A DNA stretch of 64,000 bases from Gemmobacter sp. (GCA_046294265.1 JBKBKC010000004.1:166206-230205); one strand, 5' to 3'; positions 19,289-28,365 are shown, counted from the first letter of the stretch. A program made the numbers and translations. The notes: generated from the letters alone by a model not told the origin.

Positions 19289-20065
19289 TCACACATGTGC
19301 GTCTTCATCGACATCGCTGCCGACGATCATGCCCAGCACGTCGCGGCGGGTGGAATTGGCCACCACGGCCACCCCGGCGCGGCGCCCGCCCCGCATCACC
19401 TGCACGCGGTCGGCCACCTTGAACACGTGATCGAGGTTGTGGGATATCAGGATGATCGAGGTGCCGCGCTCCTTGACCGCGCGGATCAGGTTCAGGGTGT
19501 TGCGCGTCTCCTCAGGCCCCAGGGCGGCGGTGGGTTCGTCCATCACCAGCACCTTGAGGTCGGCGGCGTTGATCGCGCGGGCAATCGCCACCGCCTGCCG
19601 TTGCCCGCCCGAGAAATTGCGCGTGGGTTCATCGACATTGGGCAACGACACGCCCACCCGGTCGCGCAGGATGGCGATGGTGCGTTCGCGCATGGCGCGG
19701 TTGTCGATGAAGGGCAGGCCGAGGATGCGGCGGATCGGCTCCACCCCCAGAAAGACATTCTCGGGGGCGGGCAGGCTGTCCACCAGCCCGAGATTCTGGT
19801 AAACTGCGGCAATCCCGGCATCTATGCTGTCGCGGCGCGACCGGACCTGCACGGGCTTGCCCTCGATGGTGATCTCGCCCTTGTCGGCCTGATAGACGCC
19901 GGTCAGCACCTTGATCAGGGTGGATTTGCCAGCGCCGTTGTCGCCGACGATGGCCAGAACCTCGCCGGGGTAAAGCTCCAGATCCACATCCATCAGCGCC
20001 CGAAGGCCGCCGAAGGATTTGGAGATGCCCCGCATTTGCAGGATCGGGTCTCCGCTTGTGCTCAC
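19289..20065 (-). CDS. ABC sugar transporter ATP-binding protein, single NBD (FrcA-like)
   Basis: GTG at 20065 has GGGAGG 6 nt upstream. Walker A GDNGAGKST, signature FSGGQRQ, Walker B VLVMDEPT. Confidence 0.85.
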   Translation of the reverse strand: MSTSGDPILQMRGISKSFGGLRALMDVDLELYPGEVLAIVGDNGAGKSTLIKVLTGVYQADKGEITIEGKPVQVRSRRDSIDAGIAAVYQNLGLVDSLPAPENVFLGVEPIRRILGLPFIDNRAMRERTIAILRDRVGVSLPNVDEPTRNFSGGQRQAVAIARAINAADLKVLVMDEPTAALGPEETRNTLNLIRAVKERGTSIILISHNLDHVFKVADRVQVMRGGRRAGVAVVANSTRRDVLGMIVGSDVDEDAHV

Positions 20066-20117
20066 GTCATCCTCCCGTCGTTGGTTGGCCGCGCGCCTCC
20101 CCGCGCGCGGCGATGGG

Positions 20118-20999
20118 TCAGGGTTTTCCCAGACCCGCATTCTCGAATTGCATCACATGCAGGCCCGAGGCGTTCAGGTCGCCCAGGCCCTGGTTCACCG
20201 CCGCCTGGAACTGCTCGGCCGCAGCCGCCGTCGCGGGGATGGAGACCCCAAGCCGGCGCGCGTGATCGGTGATCAGCCGGGCATCCTTCAGCATGTGGCG
20301 CAGATAGAAATGGGGGCTGAAATCGCCCGCCAGCGTGTTGCGCCCCACCCCCCGGATCAAGGCCGAGGAATAGTCGGTCACATCCAGAAACCCCATCAAC
20401 GCATCATCCGGCAGACCCGATTTGCGCGCCAGCGCCAGCGCCTCGCCCAGCGATACCAGCTGCGCCGCCACCAGCAGGTTGCCCACCAGTTTCGCCGCGG
20501 CCCCTGCCCCCACCGGGCCAAGGTGGTGGATGGTAGCCGCCATCGGGTCCAGCACCGGGCGGGCGGCGGCGACATCCGCCTCGGTCCCGCCGCAGATGAA
20601 ATCCAGCCGCCCCTCCCAAGCCTCGCCGCGCGATCCGAACACCGGCGCATCGACATAGCGCAGGCCGCGCGCAGCCGCCGCCGCGCCAATCTGGCGCGTC
20701 AGCTCGGGGTCGGTGGTGGTGGCGTCGATGATCAGCGTGCCCTCGGCGGCATGGGCCAGCGCGCCGCCATCCCCCAGCAGCACCGCGCGCTGCGCATCCG
20801 GGCCGGTCAGGCACAGGGTCACGACCTCGACCCCCTGCACCGCCCCGGCGATGCTGGGGGCCAGTGTCAGGCCTGACAATTCCGGCGGCAGGTCAAGGGC
20901 AGACCGGTTCCACCCGGTCACCGCATGTCCGGTGGCGCGCAGGTTGCGCACCATGCCGCGCCCCATGATCCCAAGCCCGAGATGTGAGATCCGTGTCAT
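20118..20999 (-). CDS. NAD(P)-dependent beta-hydroxyacid dehydrogenase (3-hydroxyisobutyrate dehydrogenase family)
   Basis: N-terminal Rossmann motif HLGLGIMGRGM. Length and central motifs fit the HIBADH/tartronate semialdehyde reductase family. Confidence 0.8.
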   Translation of the reverse strand: MTRISHLGLGIMGRGMVRNLRATGHAVTGWNRSALDLPPELSGLTLAPSIAGAVQGVEVVTLCLTGPDAQRAVLLGDGGALAHAAEGTLIIDATTTDPELTRQIGAAAAARGLRYVDAPVFGSRGEAWEGRLDFICGGTEADVAAARPVLDPMAATIHHLGPVGAGAAAKLVGNLLVAAQLVSLGEALALARKSGLPDDALMGFLDVTDYSSALIRGVGRNTLAGDFSPHFYLRHMLKDARLITDHARRLGVSIPATAAAAEQFQAAVNQGLGDLNASGLHVMQFENAGLGKP

Positions 21000-21070
21000 G
21001 TCATGCCCCCTGCCCCTGCGATTCTCGGATCGTATTTCGACAAGTGTCAGTAGATATTGTCAATTGGCAA

Positions 21071-22045
21071 TCACGGGCCGTCTGCCGCCAGCAACGCCTC
21101 GGCCAGCATCTGATCGGCGATCAGCCGCCGCACAAAGCCCGCGCGCAGCACCGCCTGCACCGCCACCCGCTTTTCCGTTCCCGCCGCCAGCAGCACCACA
21201 TCCCGGCCGCGCAGGTCGTCATAGGCGATGGCCGGGGCGCGGTGGTTCAGGCCCGTTTCGGCCAGCGTTCCATCGGCGCGAAAGAACCGGCCGGTGGTAT
21301 CGGCCACGGCACCCGATGCTTGCAACTCCAGCCGGTCCTCGGGCGTCAGCACGTTCGAGGAGTAAAGCAGCGCCCCCGGCCCACATTCGCCCACGCTGAC
21401 GATGGCGTAATCGGCCTGTCGTGCCACGGCCAGGGTTTCGCGCACCAACCGCTGCGACAGGATCAGGCGGCAGGCCTCCTCGTCATCGGCCATGAATGGG
21501 GCGGGCAGGAACATGGCGGTTCCGCCCGTCAGGGCCGCCAGATTGGTGCAGACATCAAAGGGCGAACTGTCGGATGTCTGCGTCATCGACCCCATCAGCG
21601 ACACGAAGCGCAGGTTCGGGTTGCGCAACCCGCTGACCGCCCGCGCCATCGCGGCCAGCGTCCAGCCCCAGCCCATGCCGATGGTCAGCGGCTGGTCGCC
21701 GCGCCCCACACGGCCCAGAAACCCCGATGCGACGATCCCCACGGCCCGCCGCGCAAGGGCCGAGGTGTCAGGCCCTGGAATCAACCTTGCGGGCATGGGC
21801 GCCACCATCACCTCGGTCAGGCCCCAGCGCTGTTTCAGCCGGTCCGCCATCACCAAGGTCTCGCTGATCTCGTGCTGCACGCTGACCCGCACGATGCCGC
21901 GATCCCGCGCCTCGGCCAGCATCCGCAGCACCTTGAACCGCGAAATGCCAAGCGCCTTGCTCACATCCTCCTGGCTCATCTGGCCGACGTGATAAAGCCA
22001 GGCCACACGGGCAAGATCATCGGTGTCGGTGTTGGGGGCCAGCAT
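21071..22045 (-). CDS. SorC-family transcriptional regulator (second copy)
   Basis: ..VAWLYHVGQMSQEDVSKALGISRFKVLRML.. HTH plus a SorC domain. Divergent from the kinase/E1/E2 operon. Confidence 0.85.
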   Translation of the reverse strand: MLAPNTDTDDLARVAWLYHVGQMSQEDVSKALGISRFKVLRMLAEARDRGIVRVSVQHEISETLVMADRLKQRWGLTEVMVAPMPARLIPGPDTSALARRAVGIVASGFLGRVGRGDQPLTIGMGWGWTLAAMARAVSGLRNPNLRFVSLMGSMTQTSDSSPFDVCTNLAALTGGTAMFLPAPFMADDEEACRLILSQRLVRETLAVARQADYAIVSVGECGPGALLYSSNVLTPEDRLELQASGAVADTTGRFFRADGTLAETGLNHRAPAIAYDDLRGRDVVLLAAGTEKRVAVQAVLRAGFVRRLIADQMLAEALLAADGP

Positions 22046-22078
22046 CGCAATCCACCATTTGTCGCAGTTATCTAACTA

Positions 22079-22106
22079 TTGACGAAGCCAACGGTCAACG
22101 GATATT
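22079..22106 (+). promoter_or_regulatory. candidate sigma70-type promoter for the kinase/E1/E2 operon
   Basis: TTGACG (22079-22084), a 16-nt spacer, then GATATT (22101-22106). Confidence 0.3.
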
Positions 22107-22134
22107 TCACATTTGTGCGCATCTTGCACAATTT

Positions 22135-22151
22135 TGCATTGCAGCAATGCA
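22135..22151. promoter_or_regulatory. perfect 17-bp palindrome TGCATTGC-A-GCAATGCA (operator candidate)
   Basis: 8-bp arms with a 1-nt centre, 24 nt upstream of the kinase ATG and downstream of the candidate -10. Confidence 0.4.
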
Positions 22152-22174
22152 GCTGCAGCGTTAAGGGGCGGCTC

Positions 22175-23668
22175 ATGGGATACGTGATCGGGATAGATGG
22201 CGGCACCGAAAGCCTGCGCGCGCACGTCTTTGACCTGTCGGGCCGGTCTGCGGGCATGGGGAGGGGCGTCTACGCCACCGCGTTCCCCGCCCCCGCGCAG
22301 GCCGAACAGCACCCCGATGACTGGTGGCGCGCGGCGGGCGAGGCGGTGCAGGGCGCGCTGGCGGATGCGGGGGTCGGCGCGGACCAGATCATCGCGCTGG
22401 CCGCCGATACCACATCCTGCACCGTGGTCGCCTGCGCCGAAGACGGCACGCCGCTTCGACCTGCGCTGTTGTGGATGGACGTGCGCGCGCACCGCGAGGC
22501 GGACGAGGTGGCGGCCTGCGGCGATCCGGCGCTGCGGATCAACGGCGACGGGGCGGGGCCGGTCAGCCCGGAATGGATGATCCCCAAGGCGCTGTGGTTG
22601 CACCGGAACCAGCCCGACATTTACGCCCGCGCCGCCCGCATCTGCGAATATCAGGACTGGCTGAACCACCGCCTGACCGGCCGCTGGTGTGCCAGCCGCA
22701 ACAACGTGTCGATGCGCTGGCACTGGCAGGCGGATCACGGCGGCTGGCCAACCGCCATGCTGGCGCGGCTGGGGCTGGCCGACCTCGCGGGCAAATGGCC
22801 CGCCGACATCGTGGTCCCCGGTGAGGTGATCGCGGGGCTGTCGGCGCAGGCTGCCGCCCATCTGGGCCTGCGCGCGGGCACGCCCGTGGTCCAGGGCGGT
22901 GCGGATGCGTTCATTGGGATGATCGGGCTTGGGGTGACGGAACCGGGCGACCTCGCGCTCATCACCGGGTCGAGCCACCTGCATCTGGGCATCGCCACGC
23001 GGGCGGTCCATGCGCGGGGCGTCTGGGGCACCTATGCCGATTGCGTCTATCCCGGCAAACAAGTGATCGAAGGCGGGCAAACCTCCACCGGGTCGGTCAT
23101 CGCCTGGTTCAAGCGGCACTTTGCCGAGCATATCGACTTCGACAGGCTGAACGCGATGGCCGCCGCCTTGCCGCCGGGGGCAGAGGGGTTGCTGGCCGTT
23201 GACCACTTTCAAGGCAACCGCACCCCGCACACCGACGCTCTGGCGCGCGGGGCAATCACGGGGCTGACGCTGAAACACACGCCCGCGCATGTCTATCGCG
23301 CGCTGGTGGAATCGGTGTGCTTTGGCACGCGGCTGATCGTGGACAGTTTCGGCGATGCTTTTGACCCCCGCCGAATCGTGGTGGCGGGCGGGGCCACGCG
23401 GTCGGAGTTCTGGTTGCAGGTCCATGCAGATACGCTGGGCGTGCCCTTGCTGCTGACCGAGGAGCCCGAGGCCTGCCCGCTCGGCTCGGCCATCCTGGCC
23501 GCCACCGGGGCCGGGCGATTTGCCCGGATCGAGGACGGTTGCGCCGCCATGGTCCGCGTCGCCCGCACCATCACCCCAGACATGGCCGCCCATGCCGCCT
23601 ATGCCCCGATCTATGACCGTTACTGCGCCGCCTATGCCGCGCTGAAACCCCTGCGGGAGGCCCCATGA
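22175..23668 (+). CDS. FGGY-family pentulose (ribulokinase-like) kinase
   Basis: ATG at 22175 follows AAGGGG and gives MGYVIGIDGGTESLRAHVFD... Also has ..PEWMIPKALWL... Confidence 0.85.
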   Translation: MGYVIGIDGGTESLRAHVFDLSGRSAGMGRGVYATAFPAPAQAEQHPDDWWRAAGEAVQGALADAGVGADQIIALAADTTSCTVVACAEDGTPLRPALLWMDVRAHREADEVAACGDPALRINGDGAGPVSPEWMIPKALWLHRNQPDIYARAARICEYQDWLNHRLTGRWCASRNNVSMRWHWQADHGGWPTAMLARLGLADLAGKWPADIVVPGEVIAGLSAQAAAHLGLRAGTPVVQGGADAFIGMIGLGVTEPGDLALITGSSHLHLGIATRAVHARGVWGTYADCVYPGKQVIEGGQTSTGSVIAWFKRHFAEHIDFDRLNAMAAALPPGAEGLLAVDHFQGNRTPHTDALARGAITGLTLKHTPAHVYRALVESVCFGTRLIVDSFGDAFDPRRIVVAGGATRSEFWLQVHADTLGVPLLLTEEPEACPLGSAILAATGAGRFARIEDGCAAMVRVARTITPDMAAHAAYAPIYDRYCAAYAALKPLREAP

Positions 23669-24690
23669 CCGAACGATCCAACAGCGGCGCGGTCGCCCGC
23701 TACCGCATGATGCGGCGCATCCGGTCCTTTGAGGAACGGGTGGGCGAGTTGTTCCTGAAAGGCGAAAGTGCGGGGTCGATGCTGCACCTGTCGATCGGCG
23801 AGGAGGGCGTGGTGGGCCTGACCGACGTGATGCGGGCGGGTGATACCTTTACCACGCATCACCGGGGGCACGGGGTGTTTCTGGGCCGCGGCGCCGACCC
23901 CGCCCGGATGATGGCCGAGATTGCGGGCAAGGAGACCGGCTATTGCCGCGGCAAGGGCGGGTCGATGCACATCGCCGACCGCGCGCTGGGGCATCTGGGG
24001 GCCAATGCCATCGTTGGTGGCGGCATCCCGCATGTGGTGGGCGCCGGCATCGCCGCGCGCAACCGCGGGCAGGATCACGTTTCGGTCGCGTTCTTCGGCG
24101 ACGGGGCGATGAGCCAGGGTATCTTGTATGAATCCATGAACATGGCGGCGCTCTGGCGCCTGCCGGTGCTGTTTTGCTGCATCAACAATCAGTATGGCAT
24201 GGGCACGCGGGTGGACCGCTCGGCCGGCCGCGTGGCCTTTGCCGAACGCGCGCGGGCCTTCGGCCTTGCGGGAGAAACGGTGGACGGCGCGGATGTGGAG
24301 GCGGTGCATCAGGCCGCACAGGCGCTGATGGACGGGGCGCGGGGCGGGCAACCGGGGTTTCTGGAAATCTCTGCCTTCCGGTTCTTTGGCCATGCCCGGA
24401 TGGACAAGAGCCCCTATCGCACCCCCGAGGAAGAGGCCGAGGGCCGCCAGCGCGACCCCCTTGCCCGCGCCCGCGCCGCGCTGACGGCCGAAGGGCTGGC
24501 CGATCCCGCCACGCTGGATCGCATCGACGCCGAGGCCGGGGCCGAGATGGACGCGGCCCTGGCCAGCGCCATCGAAGCCCCCGCCCCCACCCTGCCGACC
24601 ATGTTTCAGGACGTCTATGCCCCCGGCACCCCCGCCCCGACCCCGCAGGCCGACCGCCTGCGCGCCATCCTGTCCGAGGCCGCCCGATGA
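23665..24690 (+). CDS. TPP-dependent dehydrogenase E1 alpha subunit (acetoin:acceptor oxidoreductase AcoA-like)
   Basis: TPP motif GDGAMSQG..(24 aa)..NNQYGM. ATGA overlap with the kinase stop. Confidence 0.85.
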   Translation: MTERSNSGAVARYRMMRRIRSFEERVGELFLKGESAGSMLHLSIGEEGVVGLTDVMRAGDTFTTHHRGHGVFLGRGADPARMMAEIAGKETGYCRGKGGSMHIADRALGHLGANAIVGGGIPHVVGAGIAARNRGQDHVSVAFFGDGAMSQGILYESMNMAALWRLPVLFCCINNQYGMGTRVDRSAGRVAFAERARAFGLAGETVDGADVEAVHQAAQALMDGARGGQPGFLEISAFRFFGHARMDKSPYRTPEEEAEGRQRDPLARARAALTAEGLADPATLDRIDAEAGAEMDAALASAIEAPAPTLPTMFQDVYAPGTPAPTPQADRLRAILSEAAR

Positions 24691-25679
24691 CCCAGACCAC
24701 CTACCGCGAGGCGCTGCGCCAGGCGCTGATCGACGCCATGCAGGCCGATCCCGACATCATCCTGCTGGGTGAGGAGGTGGGGCTTTACGGCGGCGCCTAT
24801 GGCGTGACCAAGGGGCTGATCGACCTGTTCGGCGCGCAGCGCGTGATGGATGCCCCCATCTCGGAACCCGCGATCATCGGCACGGCGGTGGGCGCGGCGA
24901 TGACCGGCCTGCGCCCCGTGGCGGAGCTGATGTATGTCGATTTCGTCGGCATGGCGATGGACCAGCTGGCCAATCAGGCCGCGAAAAGCCGCTACATGTT
25001 CGGCGGCCAGATCGGTGTGCCGATGGTCCTGCGCACCCAGGGGGGCACCGGGCGGTCGGCGGCGGCGCAGCATAGCCAAAGCCTTGAGGCCTGGATGCTG
25101 CATGTGCCGGGCCTGCGCCTTGTGATGCCGGCCAGCGTGTCGGACGCCTATCACCTGCTGCGGCAGGCATTGGTGCAGCCCGACCCTGTGGTGTTCATCG
25201 AACACAAGGGGCTTTACACGCTGAAGGGCGAACTGACCGAGGCGCCCGAGGCCCCATGGGGCCAGCCGCTGGTGCGGCGCGCGGGCGATGACCTGACCAT
25301 CGTCACCTGGTCGCGCATGGTGCACGAAGCCCTCGCCGCCGCCGAGGTGCTGGCGGGGGCGGGCATTTCGGCCGAGGTGATCGACCTGCGCTGCCTGAAC
25401 CCGCTGGACGATGCGGGCATCTTTGCCTCGGTCGCCCGCACGGGGCGCGCGATGGTTGTCACAGAGGCCGTGGTCACCGGTTCTGCCGCCTCCGAGATCG
25501 CCGCGCGGATCGGCGAGCGCTGTTTCGACTGGCTGGAGGAACCCGTGCTGCGCATCGGCGGCGAGGATATCCCGATCCCGGTGGCGCCCGCGCTGGAACG
25601 CGGGTCCATCCCCTCGGCTGCGCTGATCGAACAGGCGGCGCGCTGGCTGGTGCGGCGGGAGGCGCCGGAATGGGCCTGA
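24687..25679 (+). CDS. E1 beta subunit (AcoB-like, transketolase-like pyrimidine-binding + C-terminal domain)
   Basis: Starts MTQTTYREALRQALIDAM..; also ..DAPISEPAIIGTAVGAAMTGLRPV... The ATG at 24687 overlaps the E1 alpha stop. Confidence 0.85.
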   Translation: MTQTTYREALRQALIDAMQADPDIILLGEEVGLYGGAYGVTKGLIDLFGAQRVMDAPISEPAIIGTAVGAAMTGLRPVAELMYVDFVGMAMDQLANQAAKSRYMFGGQIGVPMVLRTQGGTGRSAAAQHSQSLEAWMLHVPGLRLVMPASVSDAYHLLRQALVQPDPVVFIEHKGLYTLKGELTEAPEAPWGQPLVRRAGDDLTIVTWSRMVHEALAAAEVLAGAGISAEVIDLRCLNPLDDAGIFASVARTGRAMVVTEAVVTGSAASEIAARIGERCFDWLEEPVLRIGGEDIPIPVAPALERGSIPSAALIEQAARWLVRREAPEWA

Positions 25680-26866
25680 CCACCCTGACCCTGCCGCGCC
25701 TCGGCGAGACGATGGAAGAGGCGAAGGTCACCGACTGGCTGGTGGCGCCGGGGGCGGCCTTTGCGCGGGGCGATGTGCTCTTGGAGGTGGAAACCGACAA
25801 GACGGTGGTCGAGGTTCCGGCGCTGGCGGCGGGTGTCATGCAGGCGCATCTGGTGGGCCCCGGCGATGTGGTCGAGATCGGCCAGCCGATTGCCGAGGTG
25901 GAAACCGGGTCGGCTGAGGCAGCGGCGCCGCAAGCCGCCCGTCCCGAACTTGGTGCCGCCCCGGCCCCCGTGGCGGCTCCGTCGCCCGCGCAAGCCCATG
26001 CTGGCCCCCGTCTGCGCGCAAGCCCGTTGGCACGCCGACAGGCGCGGAACTTGGGGCTTGACCTTCACGGCATCCCCGGCACGGGACGCCGGGGCCGGAT
26101 CACGGGGGCGGATGTTGCCGCGGCGAAATCGGCGGGCCGTCTGGGTGGTCTGGGGCAGGGAAAGGACAGCGGAGAAGGGACCGTTGTGCTGCTGCATGGC
26201 CTGTTTTCATCATCTTCCGGTTTCGGCGGGCTTCCGGAACGACTGGCGCGTGCGGGCGTGCAGGTGCTGGCCCCGGACCTTCCGGGGCATGGGGCCAGTC
26301 CCGCCGCCGAGGATCTGGCGGGGATCGAGGCCACACTTGCCGGCGTGATCGACAGTCAGGCGGATGGCCCCTTGATTCTGGTCGGTCATTCCATGGGAGC
26401 GATCCTGGCCACCCGGCTGGCGCGGCGCTATGGCGAGCGGGTTGAACGGCTGGTGCTGCTCGCACCGGCGGGCCTGGGCCCGCGGATCAACCAGACGTTT
26501 CTGGATATCCTGTGCCATGCGGAAACCATTGCCGCCTTGCGGCGCGGACTGGGCCTGCTGGGGGGGGGGCCGGTGTCAGACGCGGTTCTGGCGCAGGAAC
26601 TTGCAGTGTTAATCGCCAACAGGCCGTCACACTACGCTCTAGCGCGGGAACTTGCCGCGGGCGGCGTGCAGCAGATCGACATCGCGCCAGACCTGGAGGC
26701 TGTGACCGCCCCCATCCGCGCGCTCTTTGGCACCGCCGATCAGGTGCTTGACTGGCAGGACTGCGCCCGCCTTCCGGCGCGGGCCGCCATCCACCTGCGC
26801 GCTGGTGCCGGGCATATGCCGCATCCTGGCGCGGATGCGCTTGTCGAGGACCTGATTCTCGGCTGA
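25670..26866 (+). CDS. AcoC-like E2 component: lipoyl domain + E3-binding domain + alpha/beta-hydrolase domain
   Basis: Lipoyl-lysine motif EVETDKTVVEV, PSBD-like ..SPLARRQARNLGLDLHGIPGTG.., and a C-terminal hydrolase with nucleophile elbow GHSMG. Confidence 0.8.
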   Translation: MGLTTLTLPRLGETMEEAKVTDWLVAPGAAFARGDVLLEVETDKTVVEVPALAAGVMQAHLVGPGDVVEIGQPIAEVETGSAEAAAPQAARPELGAAPAPVAAPSPAQAHAGPRLRASPLARRQARNLGLDLHGIPGTGRRGRITGADVAAAKSAGRLGGLGQGKDSGEGTVVLLHGLFSSSSGFGGLPERLARAGVQVLAPDLPGHGASPAAEDLAGIEATLAGVIDSQADGPLILVGHSMGAILATRLARRYGERVERLVLLAPAGLGPRINQTFLDILCHAETIAALRRGLGLLGGGPVSDAVLAQELAVLIANRPSHYALARELAAGGVQQIDIAPDLEAVTAPIRALFGTADQVLDWQDCARLPARAAIHLRAGAGHMPHPGADALVEDLILG

Positions 26867-26921
26867 GCCCTCGTGGCAGCGCCGGGTGGCCCGCCTCGCT
26901 TCGACCCCTCCATTCGAACGC

Positions 26922-26942
26922 CGCCTGCGGGGTCCGCAGGCG
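26922..26942 (+). terminator. perfect 9-bp stem-loop downstream of the E2 gene (terminator candidate, no U-tract)
   Basis: CGCCTGCGG-GGT-CCGCAGGCG, 56 nt after the stop. Confidence 0.35.
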
Positions 26943-27123
26943 CCCCTTGGTTCACCCAGCGATTCCCCGGTGCCGAACAAAGACGCGAAGGCGTCTCTGG
27001 CCGCCTTTCATTTACGCATAGAAACGTTCGTTGCATTTTATTCTGGATTGAACCATATAATTCAGACAGGCTGAGACGCCGAGGCTCGGACGCGCGGAGC
27101 TTCGCCGCGACAGGGGAAAAAGA

Positions 27124-28365
27124 ATGACACAGCTCGATCATAGCTTCATCGAAACCATGTTCCCGGCTCTGGGCAAGGGCACCGTGTTCCTCGACAACGC
27201 GGGTGGTTCGCAGGTGGCCCGCCCCGTGGCGCAACGGGTGCATGATTATCTGCTGGGGGCGAACGTCCAGCTTGGCGCAAGCTATGGCGCGTCGGTAGAT
27301 GCCGGGGCCAAGGTGGCCGAGGGCCGCAAGGCGCTGGCCCTTTTGATGAACGCCGAGCGCCCCGAGGAAATCGTGATGGGTGCCACATCGAGCCAGCTGT
27401 TCGACCAGTTGGCCCGCGCATTGGTGCAGCACTGGCAGCCGGGCGACGAGGTGATCGTGACCGGTTTTGACCATGAGGCCAACATCGGCCCCTGGCGCAA
27501 GCTGGCGGCGCAGGGGATCGTGGTTCGGGAATGGGCGCTGCGCCCGGGGGAATACATGCCCCGGCTGCAGGATTTGCAGGCGCTGATGACCGACCGCACG
27601 CGGCTGGTTGCGGTCACGCATGTGTCCAACATCTTCGGCTCGATCCTGCCGATCCGGCAGATCGCCGATGCGGTGCATGCGGGCGGCGCGATGATCTGCG
27701 TGGACGGGGTGGCCTATGCGCCCCACCGCGCCGTCGATGTGCAGGCGCTGGGCGTCGATTTCTATGGCTTTTCGGTTTACAAGGTCTATGGCTCGCACCA
27801 CGCGGCGCTTTATGGCCGGTATGACCTGCTGCGCCACAAGGCCGCCAACATCAACCACTTCATGTATGGCGAGGACAAGGTTCCGGCCAAGCTGGAACCG
27901 GGCAACCCGAACTACGAACTCGCCTATTCGTGCCTGGGGGTCGTGGACTACCTTGAAGGGTTTGCCCATGCCCATGGCATCAACGCCAGCGGCCGGACGG
28001 CCATCGAGGGGGCGTTCGCCCTGATCGCCGACCACGAAGAGGCGCTGTCAAAGCGGATGCTGGACTATCTGACCAGCCGCGATGACGTGACCATCCTGGG
28101 CGACACGGTGCCGGACAAGGCGCTGCGCGTGCCGACGATCGCCTTTGTGATCGACGGCCAGAACTCGGCCGATGTGGTCAAGGCCACCGATGCCACCGGG
28201 ATCGGCATCCGCTTCGGCGATTTCCATTCCAAGCGGCTGGTGACCAGCCTGAACCTGCCCAACCCCGATGGCGTGATCCGCGTCTCGGCGGTGCATTACA
28301 ACACGACCGAAGAACTCGACCGGCTGATCGAGCATCTGGAAAGCCTGCGCAGACAGGCCGCCTGA
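27124..28365 (+). CDS. class V aminotransferase-fold PLP enzyme (cysteine desulfurase/SufS-like family; function unknown)
   Basis: Motifs ..FLDNAGGSQ.., ..THVSNIFG.. and ..FSVYKVYG.. (PLP lysine context). ATG follows GGGGAAAAAGA. Confidence 0.8.
   Translation: MTQLDHSFIETMFPALGKGTVFLDNAGGSQVARPVAQRVHDYLLGANVQLGASYGASVDAGAKVAEGRKALALLMNAERPEEIVMGATSSQLFDQLARALVQHWQPGDEVIVTGFDHEANIGPWRKLAAQGIVVREWALRPGEYMPRLQDLQALMTDRTRLVAVTHVSNIFGSILPIRQIADAVHAGGAMICVDGVAYAPHRAVDVQALGVDFYGFSVYKVYGSHHAALYGRYDLLRHKAANINHFMYGEDKVPAKLEPGNPNYELAYSCLGVVDYLEGFAHAHGINASGRTAIEGAFALIADHEEALSKRMLDYLTSRDDVTILGDTVPDKALRVPTIAFVIDGQNSADVVKATDATGIGIRFGDFHSKRLVTSLNLPNPDGVIRVSAVHYNTTEELDRLIEHLESLRRQAA

Noticed and set aside
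22121-22140. sigma54-like TTGCAC-N5-TGCA upstream of the kinase/E1/E2 operon
   Set aside because: The -24 GG is TG, and the GG-to-GC spacing is one nucleotide short of consensus.
24174-24686. N-terminal extension of the E1 beta ORF (start at 24174)
   Set aside because: The extension overlaps E1 alpha out of frame and is Arg/Gly-rich. The ATG at 24687 overlaps the E1 alpha stop (ATGA) and yields a normal E1 beta N-terminus.
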